A stretch of 64,000 nt of DNA from Camelus ferus (taxonomy: Eukaryota). The DNA lies in NCBI RefSeq assembly GCF_009834535.1, contig NC_045696.1:42038001-42102000 (forward strand). Reading direction: 5' to 3'. Position 1 is the first letter of the stretch. Each line of letters starts with the position of its first letter. Both the position numbers and the translations under genes were made by a program. Below the pieces are notes generated by a model. The model did no database searches. It saw nothing but the letters and a program-made list of their open reading frames with translations, and was not told where the DNA came from. Of this stretch, positions 36,393 through 49,329 are shown one piece after another.

Positions 36393-36886
36393 TGTCAATT
36401 GAAAAAACACGTACAACCTAAAAGTTGAGAGTTATGTTTTATTTGACTTTCTGAAGACTCGAGCCCAGGAAGTGGCCTCTCAGATGCTCTGAGGGATTGC
36501 TCCAAAGAAGCAGGGGAGGAGCCAGGATATATAGGAGTTTTGCCACAAAGATCAGGTAGTTGGAACATCAAAAGATTACTGTTAATTAAATAAAACCAGA
36601 TATCTCGTTAAGGAATTTAGCACTTTCCTATGTATGATAAGGTGCAAGAGTCTGGGCTCAGTGAAATCATTCCTTTGAGATGCACCTAGCTATCTAGGGC
36701 CAGTATCCTGTCCTTTCCCATCCTGAGTTCCCTCAGGGGGCACCATTGGGGGTGGCAGCAGAGGCTGGGCTGCCTGCTTGTCTCCATCCTGAGTCCTCTC
36801 TGCTGACTGTTGGAGTGGTGGCAGTGGCTGCGGTGGCCGCAGCATCCTTTGTTTACTGATATGGCAGGCGGTATTTTTCATCCCCA
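36393..36886 (-). mobile_element. ERV1-type solo LTR
   Basis: TG...CA termini; reverse-strand TATA (gatatataggag) and AATAAA (tttatt); flanks agag/ggag. Confidence 0.7.
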
Positions 36887-37213
36887 GGAGGAAGAGTTGG
36901 AGAGCCTTTGTTTACCTCCAAATTTTGCTGACTGCCTTGTCCTGACTGCAGGGCTGATAGGCATGGAGGTCCTGCATTCCTGTCCCCAAATCACACCAGT
37001 GTTGTTACAGTGGCCTTCTACAATCTGTGCCCCACCTTTGCTGTCTGACACAGGAGAATCACTCAAATAGTAGGACTGTTCAGCCAAGTAAGAAAGGAAA
37101 CAAGTTCTTATACATGAGGGTTAAGAGCTAGTTTTAGACAGGTGGTACCTGGTGGCACCAGGGAAAATATGTCTTAGGTCACTCTCTCTTTCATCGATTC
37201 ATTGAGACTGATC

Positions 37214-38634
37214 CTGCTAAACAGAGAATATGCCCAAATGTCCTTAATATTTCCCTCAGCTTGACTAAACTTTAGACAGGCTTCCTCCTGACTATAGGTC
37301 ACCAACATCTCTTTTCTTAGAACATTTACTTTAGAAAACCTGCAATTGTAAATTCTTTGCCCACTTGAGATATAAATCTTTTCCTAGCCTCCTGCCTGTT
37401 TTCCAATCCAGGACCATCTTTGTCAAGGACCAGGGAGCCATCCTTTGAAATGAAATCATCAAGAAAGACGGCACCCAGGTCTCCCAGTCTCTGTGAGTGG
37501 CTAGGAGCCAACTAACTCTAAGCCTAAGTTTCAGTTAGCAATCACAGATGGCCTCATCATATTGACCAACTTCCCACCAATATCCTTCAGTACTTTTCCA
37601 CTAGCTCACCCCAGCACTTAAAACCTCTCCTGCTTTCGGTTTCTAAGGAAGTTGAGTTCAGTCTCTCTCCCCTAATGCAATAGATGCAACCCCTATTGAG
37701 GTATTTTTTTTCAGATTTTAATTTTTTATTTTAATTAATTAATTAATTGACGTACCATCAGTTAAAATGTGTCAATTTCTGGTGTACAGCACAACGTCCC
37801 AGTCGTGCATACATACACATATATTTGTTTTCATATTCTTTTTCATTAAAGGTTATTATAAGATACTGAACATAGTTCCATGTGCTATACAGCAGAAACT
37901 TTTTTAAAATCTATTTTTATATATAGTGGCTAACATTTGTAAATCTCAAACTCCCAAATTTATCCCTTCCCACCCCCTTTCCTCAGTAACCATAAGATTG
38001 TTTACTATGTCTGTGAGTCTGTTTCTGTTTTGTAGATGAGTTCATAGTGTCCTTTTTCTTCTTGTTTTTTTTTTTTTAGATTCCATATATAAGTGATATC
38101 ATATGGTATTTGTCTTTCTCTTTCTGGTTTACTTCACTTAGAATGACAATCTCTAGGTCCATCCATGTTGCTGCAAATGGCATTATTTCATTCTTTTTTA
38201 TGGCTGAGTAGTATACCATTATAGAAATATACCACAAGCTCTTTATCCAGTCATCTGTCGATGGACTTTAGGTTGCTTCCATATATTGGCTATTGTATAT
38301 AATGCTGCTATGAACATTGGGGTTCATGTATCTTTTTGAATTAAGGTTCCCTCTGGATATATGCCCAGGAGTGGGATTGCTGAATCATATGGTTAGTTTA
38401 TTTTTAGTTTTTTGAGGAATCTCCATACTGTTTTCCATACTGGCTGCACCAAACTACATTCCCACCAACAGTGTAGAAGGGTTCCCTTTCCTCCACACCC
38501 TCTCTAGCATTTTTTTATTTATAGATTTTTGAATGATGGCCATTCTGACTGGTGTGAGGTGATATCTAATTATAGTTTTGAATAAAGTCTTCTTCCTTGC
38601 CTGGTAGACTGTTCTCTGCAATTTTTATTTGACA
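37214..38634 (+). mobile_element. ERV1-type solo LTR split by an L1 (left boundary approximate)
   Basis: ttccctcagcttgactaaactttagacagg... motifs; resumes after the L1 with AATAAAgtcttc...tttgaCA. Confidence 0.7.
37705..38578 (-). mobile_element. 5'-truncated L1 3' end inside LTR
   Basis: Poly-T head; high similarity to L1 copies at 16560-17340 and 51380-52170. Confidence 0.9.
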
Positions 38635-38919
38635 TGTAGAAACTGGAATAAATTTAATATCTAAACTGACTCTCAGTGAGTTTAGAAAGCCATTAATCAA
38701 GAGGACAGGACAACTCTATCTTGGTAGACTGTTATTTGGGCTCTTTATTGGGGGCCTGACACATAAAACATTTCATGTGCTATTAATCACCTTCAGTAAA
38801 TTCAAAATCATAGCCAGAGTGCTTCTCATTTTTCTCTCCATATATATATATATGTTTGGGACACTTATACGTGTATATATGTATACAGACACAATTTTAT
38901 ACACAGACCCACACAATTA

Positions 38920-39130
38920 GTAGTAGCTGTAATTTTTATAGGCCTACTATGTGCCAGACATTGTGTACTTTGTATACACAGTATTTTACAAACATTCTTC
39001 ATTTAATCCTTATAGCATTTCTATGAGTCAGGTACCATGATTTATTTCATGGATGAAATGCCAAGGCTGAGAGAGTTAAGGAACAACCTCAAATTACTCT
39101 CTAAAGTGGGATTTGAACCCAATCAATTGA
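38920..39130 (-). mobile_element. MIR remnant
   Basis: ctactatgtgccagacattg...catttaatcct...aggctgagagagttaag...gggatttgaaccca. Confidence 0.7.
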
Positions 39131-40859
39131 ATGATTGTCCTTCAAGGATTCATTGAGCTACCTTATTCGGATTTTGGCTCAGAGGGAAATATGTATTTCT
39201 AGAAAGGATAAAGGAAGAGCTTCTGTCAATTTGTACCTCCATCCCACATTCGAGAGGCATTTTAGATGATTTCACCATTCCTTAGAGAACCCCATCTCAA
39301 AGTGTGCCCTGGCCCCCATTTCCTCTGGATCTGTCACCTGAATTTCTGCTTTGTGGTCTGGTCCAATCACTTGCAGCAGCCATTCTGATCACTATTTCAG
39401 AGTTGTTCCAACAAGGACAGCTGGCATCTCCCCCGGTACATTCTGCACACAGGATGTATTCCCTCAGAGGACCGTGAGGATGGTAGCAATTTCTTCTCTG
39501 ACTCATGCCTAGAAGGAGATGCCAATATTTTCTCTGTCATTCTCTCAATCCTCTGTCCTCTCAGCAGCACTTGGGTGATGAAGTCTAACAATGCACTTTG
39601 ATGTCACCAGCTCACAAGTGTTGACACCAGAAGATCCAACAGTAACCAGAGCATCAGGAAACAGACAGCAATGGTTTCTGCCTATTTCAAAATACCAGCA
39701 ATGCTGGAGAAATAAATCCCTGTTAAAAAAAAAAAAAAAAGGCCAGGCCTTTCTAGTTTCCAAGTATTTTTCTGAGATGAAAGGAAAGAAGATCTTTCTA
39801 GACCTAACTAAATTCTGCACCTTTTATATCAGAGTCTGTGCTTAAAAGCATCATATAATTTTGGAAGCATCACACTGCCTAGAAAAAGCATCTCTGTGAC
39901 TATGATGGCTCCACGCACTGAGGCAGGCGGTAAGTCATGTTTTTACTACACACCTACTTCCTATGTGGGATGCAGTGAGGTCTTATTCTGTGAACCTGTG
40001 GGTAGCACCCTGCAGTTTTGTGAACCTGGCCACTTGGATTCAGGGGAACAATGGCAAGGTCGCAAAAATGTTGTGTCTCTAAATTTCTCCTTCCTCCCTT
40101 TTGGAGCAGCTCCCTTGTCACTCGGCCTCTAGTACATACAGCTCTTACCTCAGATTTAACATAGGAATTTTATTTCTGTTTATTACTGGCATCATTTCTA
40201 GATATTTTTCAATATTGATGAGGTGTTTTGTAGGAACCAACATATGCTCTCCTAGACAAAGCAAGTTAAAAAGCCTGAAAATAATAATTTTCCCTAATCA
40301 TAAACACTTTGTGGAAAATTTGGAAAATACAGGAAGGATGAAAATTACTCATAATCCTATTAACCCAAAAGCAACCATTGTCAACAGTGGTTTTTTTTTT
40401 TTTTTCAGTCTTTTATTCTGAAGTTCTTTTGTTTTCAAAGGAAAAGACATAGTCCCTGCCCAGTTGAAACTTACAGCTTTAAGGGCAACACAAATGAGAA
40501 AAATTAAGACACAATAAGATAAAAAACCCAGAAAACCTATAGACTAACGATGATGATGATCAGAAGAAATAGCAGCTCCAATTTTCCTATGAACGTATCT
40601 GCTCAATTTTCATATTAAGAGGAGAAAATTATAAGAATGTACATACAAGGTCAATTTAGGAAAACTGATGCGTCTTTCTCTGAAGCTCCTGGTGGACAAC
40701 GTACAGTTAACTAGTGGCTCTAAAACAATACGTGGATGAGCATCATGAAAACAGCTAATGAATAAACTGGGGATTAATTAGGAGCTTAGAAGTCAGAAAA
40801 CAATCTAAGATCTTTAGTACATACTGTATCTTTGACAGGCTCATTGGTTTCTGCAGGGT

Positions 40860-41070
40860 GCCATCGAGACATGGCCTGGAATCAGCCACTTCCTGCCTTG
40901 TCTGCCTCTTACTGCACACGTGTAGGCAAGCTACTTCACCTCTTTATGTTTCCTCATTTGTGACATAAGGAAAATAGGTTGTTGTGAGTGTTAAGTGAGA
41001 TAATCCGTATCAAATGTATTTAATACAGTCCCTGGTGCAAGTAAGTGCTCCAGAAATGTTAAGCATTATT
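40860..41070 (+). mobile_element. MIR remnant
   Basis: ggcaagctacttcacctct..gtttcctcatttgt...ggttgttgtgagtgttaagtgagataat. Confidence 0.7.
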
Positions 41071-41963
41071 AGAGGCTGTGTGAGGCAATGGTTAAAAGAA
41101 CAAGTTCTGGTCAGATTGCCTTGTCACTCTTGTGGCTTTTTTTCTACTTGCTTGTAGGACCAAATCATCAATAACAATCTCTATTTAATATCCTTTTTTT
41201 GTCCTGAGTTTGAAAATGAATCAGTTTTTATCTCTGAATTGTCTTAAGATGATCACAAATTTATCAAAGTAAGCATTTATGAAGTGCTTCTGGGAAGTCC
41301 AGAGTTATCTAAGGAAGAATTTTTCATCATAAATTCTCTTATAAAGTAGTAGTTATTTACTATTGATGAAGCCACATGCATTTTTATCATTAAGATGGCA
41401 AAACCCCCAAAAGGAATTCTTTATCTTAGAGAAAGTAATGTTGGATACATTTGAAGTCCATTACAACTTGACCTTTTTTCAGCCCTCAGAGCTGGTGGGG
41501 AGATGGACAAAAGAGGCAGAGAGAACTTGAGTATGTGTTATACTCCATAAATACATGCTATTTATGGAAAAGTCGAGAACTTTTATCCAGTAGTCAGAGT
41601 ATTTAGCTTGAGATTAGAATAAATTTTAAAAACGTACATTTTAAAAAACTAACATTTATTGCCTTTATACTATAAAATTAAACAATATTTATTTTAGAAA
41701 ATTTAGAAAGCGGGAACCAGAAAAAAAAGAAAACACAAATCTTAACATTGCAATGTACTTCCTTCAGGTTGCTGTAGAAATAGTTCTGTCCAAATATGTA
41801 CATATAGTTATAATATGGATCTTTTAATTTCTAAATTCCTAAAGAACCAGTCAGTCAACTAACTTACTGTGGTTTGCTGGATTTTATCAGAAGACACTGT
41901 TGTGCATGTTGGAGGAGCTTAGTGATTCAAAATTACTGTTTGATTACTCTTGAGTTCCTGGAG

Positions 41964-42145
41964 GATAGGACCTTGCTACTGAAAGTGTGGTCTGGGAACC
42001 CATGGCGTCAACATCACCTGCCAGCATATTAGAAATGAAGAATTTTCAGCTCCACCCCAGACCTGGTGAATCTCAACTGTGTTTTAATATGACCGCTGAG
42101 TGATTTGCATGCATATTAAAGTTTGAGTAACATCACTCTAGGGAC
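41964..42145. mobile_element. MER5-type hAT MITE
   Basis: aaagtgtggtc...catcacctg...attagaaatg...gcatattaaagtttgagtaacatcactctag. Confidence 0.7.
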
Positions 42146-42809
42146 AACTTGACGAAGTATTTTTTTCTCTAATAAGACAGATGTTGAAGGCCTGATTAGT
42201 CCCTTTCCCCAGAACAACATGCTCTTCTACCAGAAGATCGGTTCCTTCCTGGGCTCTTACCTCCACAAAAGCACTGTCAGAACAAGACTAATTAGAGATC
42301 CACCAAATAGCCTGCAGGAAAAAATTCCGCTAGCTCTCCCAGCCAGGAGGTGAAAGACACAGAATGAACCTGGGACATACCAACACACTAATGAAACCTT
42401 GCAAATTTAGAGTCTGTTTTGTGTAGCATTTCATTACTTTATCAAAGCACTCTTCCTGGGCTCACTGTCGAATGACCAGGAAGTGCTGTTGAACCAACTG
42501 AAAAACCAAGCAATAAAGTTCATCAATAACCTTTTTATCAACGGGGCTTTTAATGCAGGGGTCTACTGACCTGGAGAATTAAGGCCGACTTAAAGAACAG
42601 CAGAAAGAGAACACTCTAAAACGATACAGCCTGGAAATAAGGCAGCTTTTAAGAGGGAAGCAAATGGGTGCCTTCTCACCCTCATATTCCTTATTTGCTG
42701 GAATAGGAATGCAGCTACAAAGCAGGGTTGTGGCAATTTCCTGGTGAGAGTGACTAATAATAATAATAGCCTACATCTGACAGCATTTTATGATTCACAA
42801 AGTACTATA

Positions 42810-42975
42810 GCAGTGCTTCTCAAACTTTAATGTGCATATAAATTACTTGGAGATCTTGTTAAAATGAGGATACCGATTCTCAGAAAGTCTAGGGTGGGGT
42901 TTGAACTTGCTTTTCTAACAAGTTCATAGGTGGTGCTAATATTGCTTGCCCATAAACCATATTTTGAGTAGCAGG
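42810..42975. mobile_element. MER5-type hAT MITE
   Basis: gcagtgcttctcaaactttaatgtgcatataaattacttggagatcttgttaaaatg...ttctaacaag. Confidence 0.75.
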
Positions 42976-43329
42976 TTCTTACCATGAAATTCTGGAAGGT
43001 AGGCAGAGCAAACATTTTTTTTTCCTTCTCCATCAGAATATTGGCTTTATGTGGCTAAGGATATGGGTGTGTTTTCCTCATAACTATTTCCCAAGTGCCT
43101 ATAATAGTTGGCACGCAGTACATTTTTGCTGGATGAATAACTGCATCTTAATTTTATAGAGGAATTTAAATAATGCTTTAACCAAAGTCACATTCTAATA
43201 AGGAGCAAAGCTGACATTTGAGTCTAAGAAACTACTTAAGTCATAGTGTAGTTTACCTACACTAAAGTAGATTCATTAACTAAAGACTTTCTTTGTTTTT
43301 GTTTTTGGTAACAGTAACTTTTTTTTGAA

Positions 43330-43890
43330 GGAACCCTTTAAATTGAAGTATAACGTAGAAAGGTGGCCAACTCATAAGTATACGACTGATAATTTATTCG
43401 AAGGGAACATACAGAACCACCCCTCAGGTCAAGGAATTGCCAGCTCCCCAGAAATGTGCCCTCCTACTCCCCTCCAGTCAACTTCTCCTTCCAGGGAGGA
43501 GGCTGTTAACGAGTCTATCACCACAGGATAGTTCTGAACTTGACAGAAGGAGAATTTTACAATATTTATTCTTTCATGTATATTTTCAGTCAATATTATA
43601 TTTGTATTCTTGAATGTAGCAGTAATAGGCTCATTTTCATTTTATATTATTCCAGTGTGCATATTGTGCATATTCCATGACTGTACCACACTTTGTCATA
43701 CATTTCACTGATGATGGGCATCAGAGTTGATTCCAGCTTTAGGCTAATATGAATACTGTTGCTATGGGCATTTTTGTACATGATTTTTGATGAACATATG
43801 TGACTATTCCTATTGGATGTGTGCTAGCAGTGCCATATTTCTAATTTGGGGTATGTTCAGCTCTTATAGGCATTGCCAGCTTTTCAAAGT
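43330..43890 (-). mobile_element. Old L1 (L1ME-like) 3' end
   Basis: aattgaagtataac...; gatgggcat..agttgattccag...tatgaatactgttgctatg. Confidence 0.6.
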
Positions 43891-45660
43891 GATTTTTTAA
43901 AGTAACTGTATTAATTCTTTTGTCTTTTCTTTAGTTTTTAAAAAATGTTGATTAGATTCCCTAAGTAGTCATTGACACTATCTTTTATTGCATGGAGAAT
44001 TTTGATGAATTTTATTACTGTGACTTTTGGATCAAGATGGTTGATTGGGCCCATATATTTACTTTTCTTCCTCCAAACATCTCATAAAATGAAAATAAAT
44101 GGATTTTTTTGGGGAGAAAGGCATTCATCTAAAAGGATAAATAAGGAAAATGAGAGATGTAACAACATCAACACCATTTAGAATACCTGAGAAAGCTCAA
44201 TCCTATGCCAGCAGTGGGAAACTAGAAATAAACCTGATTTACACACACAGAATCCCTAAAAGCTTGAGGAATTGGCATTTCAGGTACTTCTGGAAGAGGA
44301 GAAGTAGTGCTAAAAAGGACAGTATTTAAAGTCTGTTTAAAAAGCAGTTAGGTCCCCTCTCCCAATCCACAGATTCACAATTGTTTTCTGCTCCCCACCC
44401 ACCCCGAGGAAGACTGAGGAAAATTGCTCACTGGAGAGTGTAAAATAGAATGTTCTTGCACTGGGTTTTGTCAGACACAGTCAAGGGTGAAAGTGTAATA
44501 CTGGAAACAGGAATTAAGCAAATTTATATTCTGAATACTGAATCCCCCCCCCCCCTTCTACTCAGCTCCCAAAGTGTAGACCAGAAGATGTGTATCTTCT
44601 ACATAGGAGACTGGAAGCTCCTTCTCTAGCAGCTCTACCAAACCAAGAGAAGGATGAAATGGTGCTGACATCTGGGGAGGGGGAGCTCTCAGCAAATAGC
44701 CCAGCTGGATCAGCAGGTACAGTGAAGCCCAAAGTGGTCAAATCCCAACCACAGATACAGAACTTCCAGTCAGCCCTTTCAGGGCTGCACTTTTAAATGT
44801 AATAGGCCAGCAAGGTCACCAGGTAGATGAGGTAAGATTCTGCCATGAAACTTGGAGACCAAACACACACAAAAAAGTGATCTGGAAGAAAAAAAAATTT
44901 TCAGGGGAAAGACTACTTAAAAAATTATCATTAGTGTTCTCAGAGAGCTGTAAAATGATACTGCATTCGTGAAATAAGAACAAGTTGCTTGAAAAAAGGA
45001 CAATTAAGAACTCACAGATAAAAATATGACAACAGAAGTGAAAAGCTCAACAGAACAGTGGGAAGATAAAATGTAGGAAATCTCCAAGAAATTTGAGAAA
45101 ACAAGAAAAGAGATGGAAAATAGAAAATAAAATAAAATTAGAGGGCCAGATAATGAGGTCCAATACCTTTAAAAGAGGAGTTCAAAAGGAGAAAAAGAAA
45201 AGAAGGAAAAGAAAAGAAGGAAAAGAAAAAGGAAATCATGATTCAAATAGTTAAAGAAAAATTTCTAGAAGTAAAGGTTATAGAGTTTCCAGGTTGAAAG
45301 GATTCACAGCAGAATTAAAAAAAAAAATTAGAAAATAAAAAGTTAAAAAAGACTCACTCCAAAACATGTAATTTTATACTTCCACAAGTTCTACAAACTT
45401 CCAGAAAAAGTCACATACAAAATACAAAAAATTCATAATACCGAGTGTTTGTCAATAGCAACAACAGAGGCTGTAATCTAATGAAACATTGCCTCCAAAT
45501 TTTTGAGGAAAAACGACTCCTAGGAGTCTACACTCAGCCGAATTCATAAGCAAATGTGGTACCCAAAAATAAATTTAGTAGATACTCAAGGCCTGAAAAA
45601 TTTATCTTCCATGAGCTTTTTCTCAGAGATACAGCTCATTGGAAAGATGGAGTGAACCAA

Positions 45661-46730
45661 CCCCGTGGGACTCCACTTCCCGGAGGGCCCCGCGGCGCGG
45701 TGGGGCGGGGCGGGCGGCGCGTGGGCGTGGGCCCGGGCCCGTGCGCGGCAAGCGGCCCGGGCCCGTGCGCGGCAAGCGGCCCCGGGGCCGCGGAGGCGAC
45801 GGCCCCGGGGCCGCGGAGGCGACCGCCCCGCTGGGCCTGCCCCGGCGGCCGCCTCCGCGATGCCCCTGCTGGTAGACGAGGGGGCAGGAGTGGCTGCCGC
45901 AGTCCGCCGGGGACCTCGTCTGAGCCCACCCACTTCTGGAGGAAAGAGCCAGACTTCTCGGAGGTCAGTGTGTTCCAAAGTGGGACCCCAGGGCCTTCTG
46001 TGTGTACAACAAAGAGAGCTTATAGGGACCTCCCCAAAGGGGTGCTCCATCTCCGTTCTGGGTTCTGATGATGCCACCACTTGTCACGTTGTGGTCCTGA
46101 GGCACACAGGTAATGGGGCCACCTGCTTGACATACTGCGATGGAACCGACACTAAAGCTGAGGTCTCCTTGACCATGAACGCCATAAAATCCTTTTCTAG
46201 CCACGCTGAGGAAGGCTGGGGGTGCACCTCGTGGGCAGCTCCAGTGACGACAGGCAGTTGTCACAAAAGCTTACTTATCAGCTTCTTAGTGAGTTTGACA
46301 GACAAGAAGATGACATTCACTTAGTGACACTATGTGTGACAGAATTAAGTGACCGGGAAGAAAATGAAAAGCACTTTCCGATAATCTACGGCATTGCTGT
46401 CAATGTTAACACTGCAGAGATCTACAGAGTCTCCTTACCAGACCGAGGTCTGGAGGAGGAGCTGCATGCCGTAGGAGCTTTACCAGGTGGACCAATGATT
46501 AGTATTTAGGATTGCAAAGACAGAACAACTTCGTATAGGGCCATATTCCTGGACGCCATTTCCCTGTGTGGATTTCTGGTTGCAGCAAGATGATAAGCAA
46601 ATACTAGAGAACCTTTCCACATCACTTCTGGCTGAGCCCCTACACATTGTTGAACATATTAGATCTACCTTGATTTTTTTTTTAAACACCCTTCTCCAAT
46701 AACATGCTGTTTCCTGGAAATAAAGCTCTA

Positions 46731-46766
<36 letters not shown>

Positions 46767-46973
46767 TTATGGGAAAAGATCTCTTCTCCAGGAAACTAAA
46801 AATAGAAATTATCAAATAAAGCAACTTTCTGACATGATGACCCCTGGTGGGTGTGGGAAGGAATATGAATTTGGAATCTGCATCCACTGAGTCTTAGGTC
46901 TCCTTCTTTACTCAGTGTCTTTCAAATGATTTTAAAATAAAATCTTATTTTGGCAAAGCCAAAAAAAAAAAAA
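45661..46973 (+). pseudogene. NTAN1: NTAN1 (protein N-terminal asparagine amidohydrolase) processed pseudogene
   Basis: Intronless; ATG 45860 MPLLV..., VGPQGLL.VQQRE, GSDDATTCHVVVLRHTGNGATCLT, DDRQLSQKL...GGPMISI, LRIGPYSWTPFP, GLWEKISSPG stop 46797-46799; frameshifts, TAG 46507-46509; AATAAA 46936, poly-A 46961-46973; degenerate TSD. Confidence 0.95.
45730..45823 (+). repeat. Two adjacent perfect GC-rich tandem duplications (24 bp x2; 23 bp x2)
   Basis: ggcccgggcccgtgcgcggcaagc at 45730/45754; ggccccggggccgcggaggcgac at 45778/45801. Confidence 0.95.
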
Positions 46974-48494
46974 TAATCGAGTAAACTAAAAAAGAGAAAG
47001 ACACAGGAAATAAGAAACCGGAGATTTAATATAAGAAAGTAAAAAGGACTCGAGAATGAAGGAAGGGAGGTCCTAAGACAATAGCTAGGCATCAGTGTCC
47101 AGAAGGAAGCAAGTTAGAAAGTTCCAGAAGAGATTTTCTCAAGGAGATGAAATGAATAGATTGACTCTGTGGTCCACAATATATTGATGGGAGTTTTAGA
47201 CACCTGGCAGAGAGTTTGGGATTGAATTGGTGATAAGTAAATAGAAAACCAAGCATATGGGCAAATAAGGAAAAAAAGCATCAATATTCGCTGTTTTCGC
47301 GTGTTTCTCCCCTCCCAATCCCCATCAACCGAAGCTTGATGTACAGGAAAGAAATAATAGTAGACTGCAAGTCTCAACTGTGAATGGTATTTACATAGTC
47401 ACAATAACATAAACAGTGAATACTGATGTAACGAAAATTTAAATACAACTCTAGTGAGTGAATGAGGGGATGCTGGTGGTTATGGGGAAAATCCATGTGT
47501 TTGTGGTGAGGTGAGAGGAACAACTTAAAGCTAAGCCTCATCTTGTTAGAAACACAGTTGACAATGACTAAAACTGAAAAATCAAGAAAATTATAATATT
47601 TGCATGTTACTCAGTAATACTGTGATAAATTCAAAAAGAATCCTCTGAAGGAGAGGAAAGATATTGCCTCTGGGAAGGGGTCACTATTTTTTATACAAGG
47701 CCTTGTAAAATAACTATACTTCTCTTCAAATTATGTGAAAGTATACCTCATATAAAAATTTAAAAAGTTAAAATAGATTTTATTCAGATCTTACCACTCA
47801 TGGCTCTTTAACTTTCTTAAAGTTTATTTTACTTTTCTATATAAAGATGAACATTTTAATCCACAATTAACATATTTATTTTATGTTATGTTTTATGTTA
47901 TGTTTTATTGTATTTTAACCAGATGTTCTGATGTCTGTTCCCAGTGAATCATTTGTGGGCATCCTGAGGTTCATATTGGAAAGTGACCTTCAGTCGTTTC
48001 TCCTGTGTATGCAAAAGTTCTGGGAAACGTGAAGAGGACGAACGAGAGGATGCCAGAAGGAGGAGAACTTTTGGATATTCCCACAGATGGATGATTAGTC
48101 AATGAACTAAGGAGAGTCCTTGTCCCTGGATAATTCAGCATGAACGTACTTCCCTTCACTCAGAGCTAGAGCAGTATGTTTATTCTGGCTGGCTTACACA
48201 GTGACTAGTGTGGAGAAGTCTTTTAATATCATTCAAGAGCCATGGCTCACGAATTGACGCCGATGTTCATGTGTGAGTCATTGAAAAATGATCATCATCC
48301 TTACTGTGAAAGGAGACCAGTCCAGGTGAGGCTGGTCCCTCAAAGAAGGAAAACCCAACATGCTGCAATATGTGCTACAGGTAAGCTCGTGGGTGTATTT
48401 TGGATACTAAGTTGCCTCTGGCTCCAGTTCCCTTGGGCTTGAGTCCCACGTCCTGCTTGCCAGCCATCTATTGCTTGCCGCTATTACGAAGAGT

Positions 48495-48675
48495 TGTGTT
48501 TCTCCAACTTAAGTGAGCCTCCAAATAACTGGGAGGGCTTGTTAAAACACAGATTCCTGAGTCCTACCCCCAGAGGTTCTAATTTAGTGTGGGGCCCAGT
48601 ATTTTCATTTTTAACAAGTTCCTGCATGATGCCTCTGCTGCTGCTCAGTGTGTGGGTCACACTTCAGAGTTCTGA
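48495..48675. mobile_element. MER5A-type hAT MITE
   Basis: ggagggcttgttaaaacacagattcctgagtcctacccccagaggttct...ttttaacaagttcc. Confidence 0.75.
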
Positions 48676-49329
48676 GAGGTCCAGGTGAATAAGATGAGTT
48701 TGATGGGAAAGAGTGAGTGTTTCAAATGTTCCTAGGGATTGTTTTTGTTTTTATAATGAAATATATCCTATAAATGGAAGAGTGTACAAAATGTATTTGG
48801 GCAAATATGTGTTTGGTCAGTTTAAAGGATAGTGTTTTAAAAAACACAAAGTGTCCACCAACCAGGGTAAGAAACAGAACATTCCAACATGCTAGAGCAT
48901 CCTTGGGGTGACTTGGTTAGCTAACATTTTGTTTTATTTTTAGCATCTGTGTTCATGATTGAGACTGACCTGTAATTTTCCTCTTTTGTATTGCTTTTGT
49001 CAATTTTTGGAATTGAGGTTATTACACAAAGTTGGTAAACAGAGTTGAGGAGTATTTTTTCTCTTTTCTATACTCTGGAATAGTTTGTGTAAATGGAATT
49101 AAATTATATTTAAATATAAATTTATATGCTTTTAACAGCCAAATATTCTTGAAGAAAATGTGTCATGGAAGCCAACACAAGTGACCAAACTGTTGATTCA
49201 GTATTTTTGATGATTATAAAACTATTAAAGTTTCCTACTTCTTGAATCAGTTTTTGTTAGTTATATATTTCTGAAATTTTTCTATTTCACAAAAGTTTTC
49301 AAATGTGTTTTTCCTTTTCAAATCTCTTT

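Larger units (their letters stand above)
44022..47775 (+). mobile_element. HAL1/L1M-type element (5' UTR, ORF1-like region, 3' end) interrupted by NTAN1 retrocopy
   Basis: gacttttggatcaagatgg 5' terminus; A-rich ORF1-like region 44870-45640; continues after 46974 to an A-rich end without ORF2 sequence. Confidence 0.65.

Noticed and set aside
45556..46080. 170-aa (+), 164-aa (-) and GTG-started 219-aa ORFs over the GC-rich segment
   Set aside because: Stop-poor because of GC content and repeats; low-complexity G/A/R/P translations; only the NTAN1-frame part has homology
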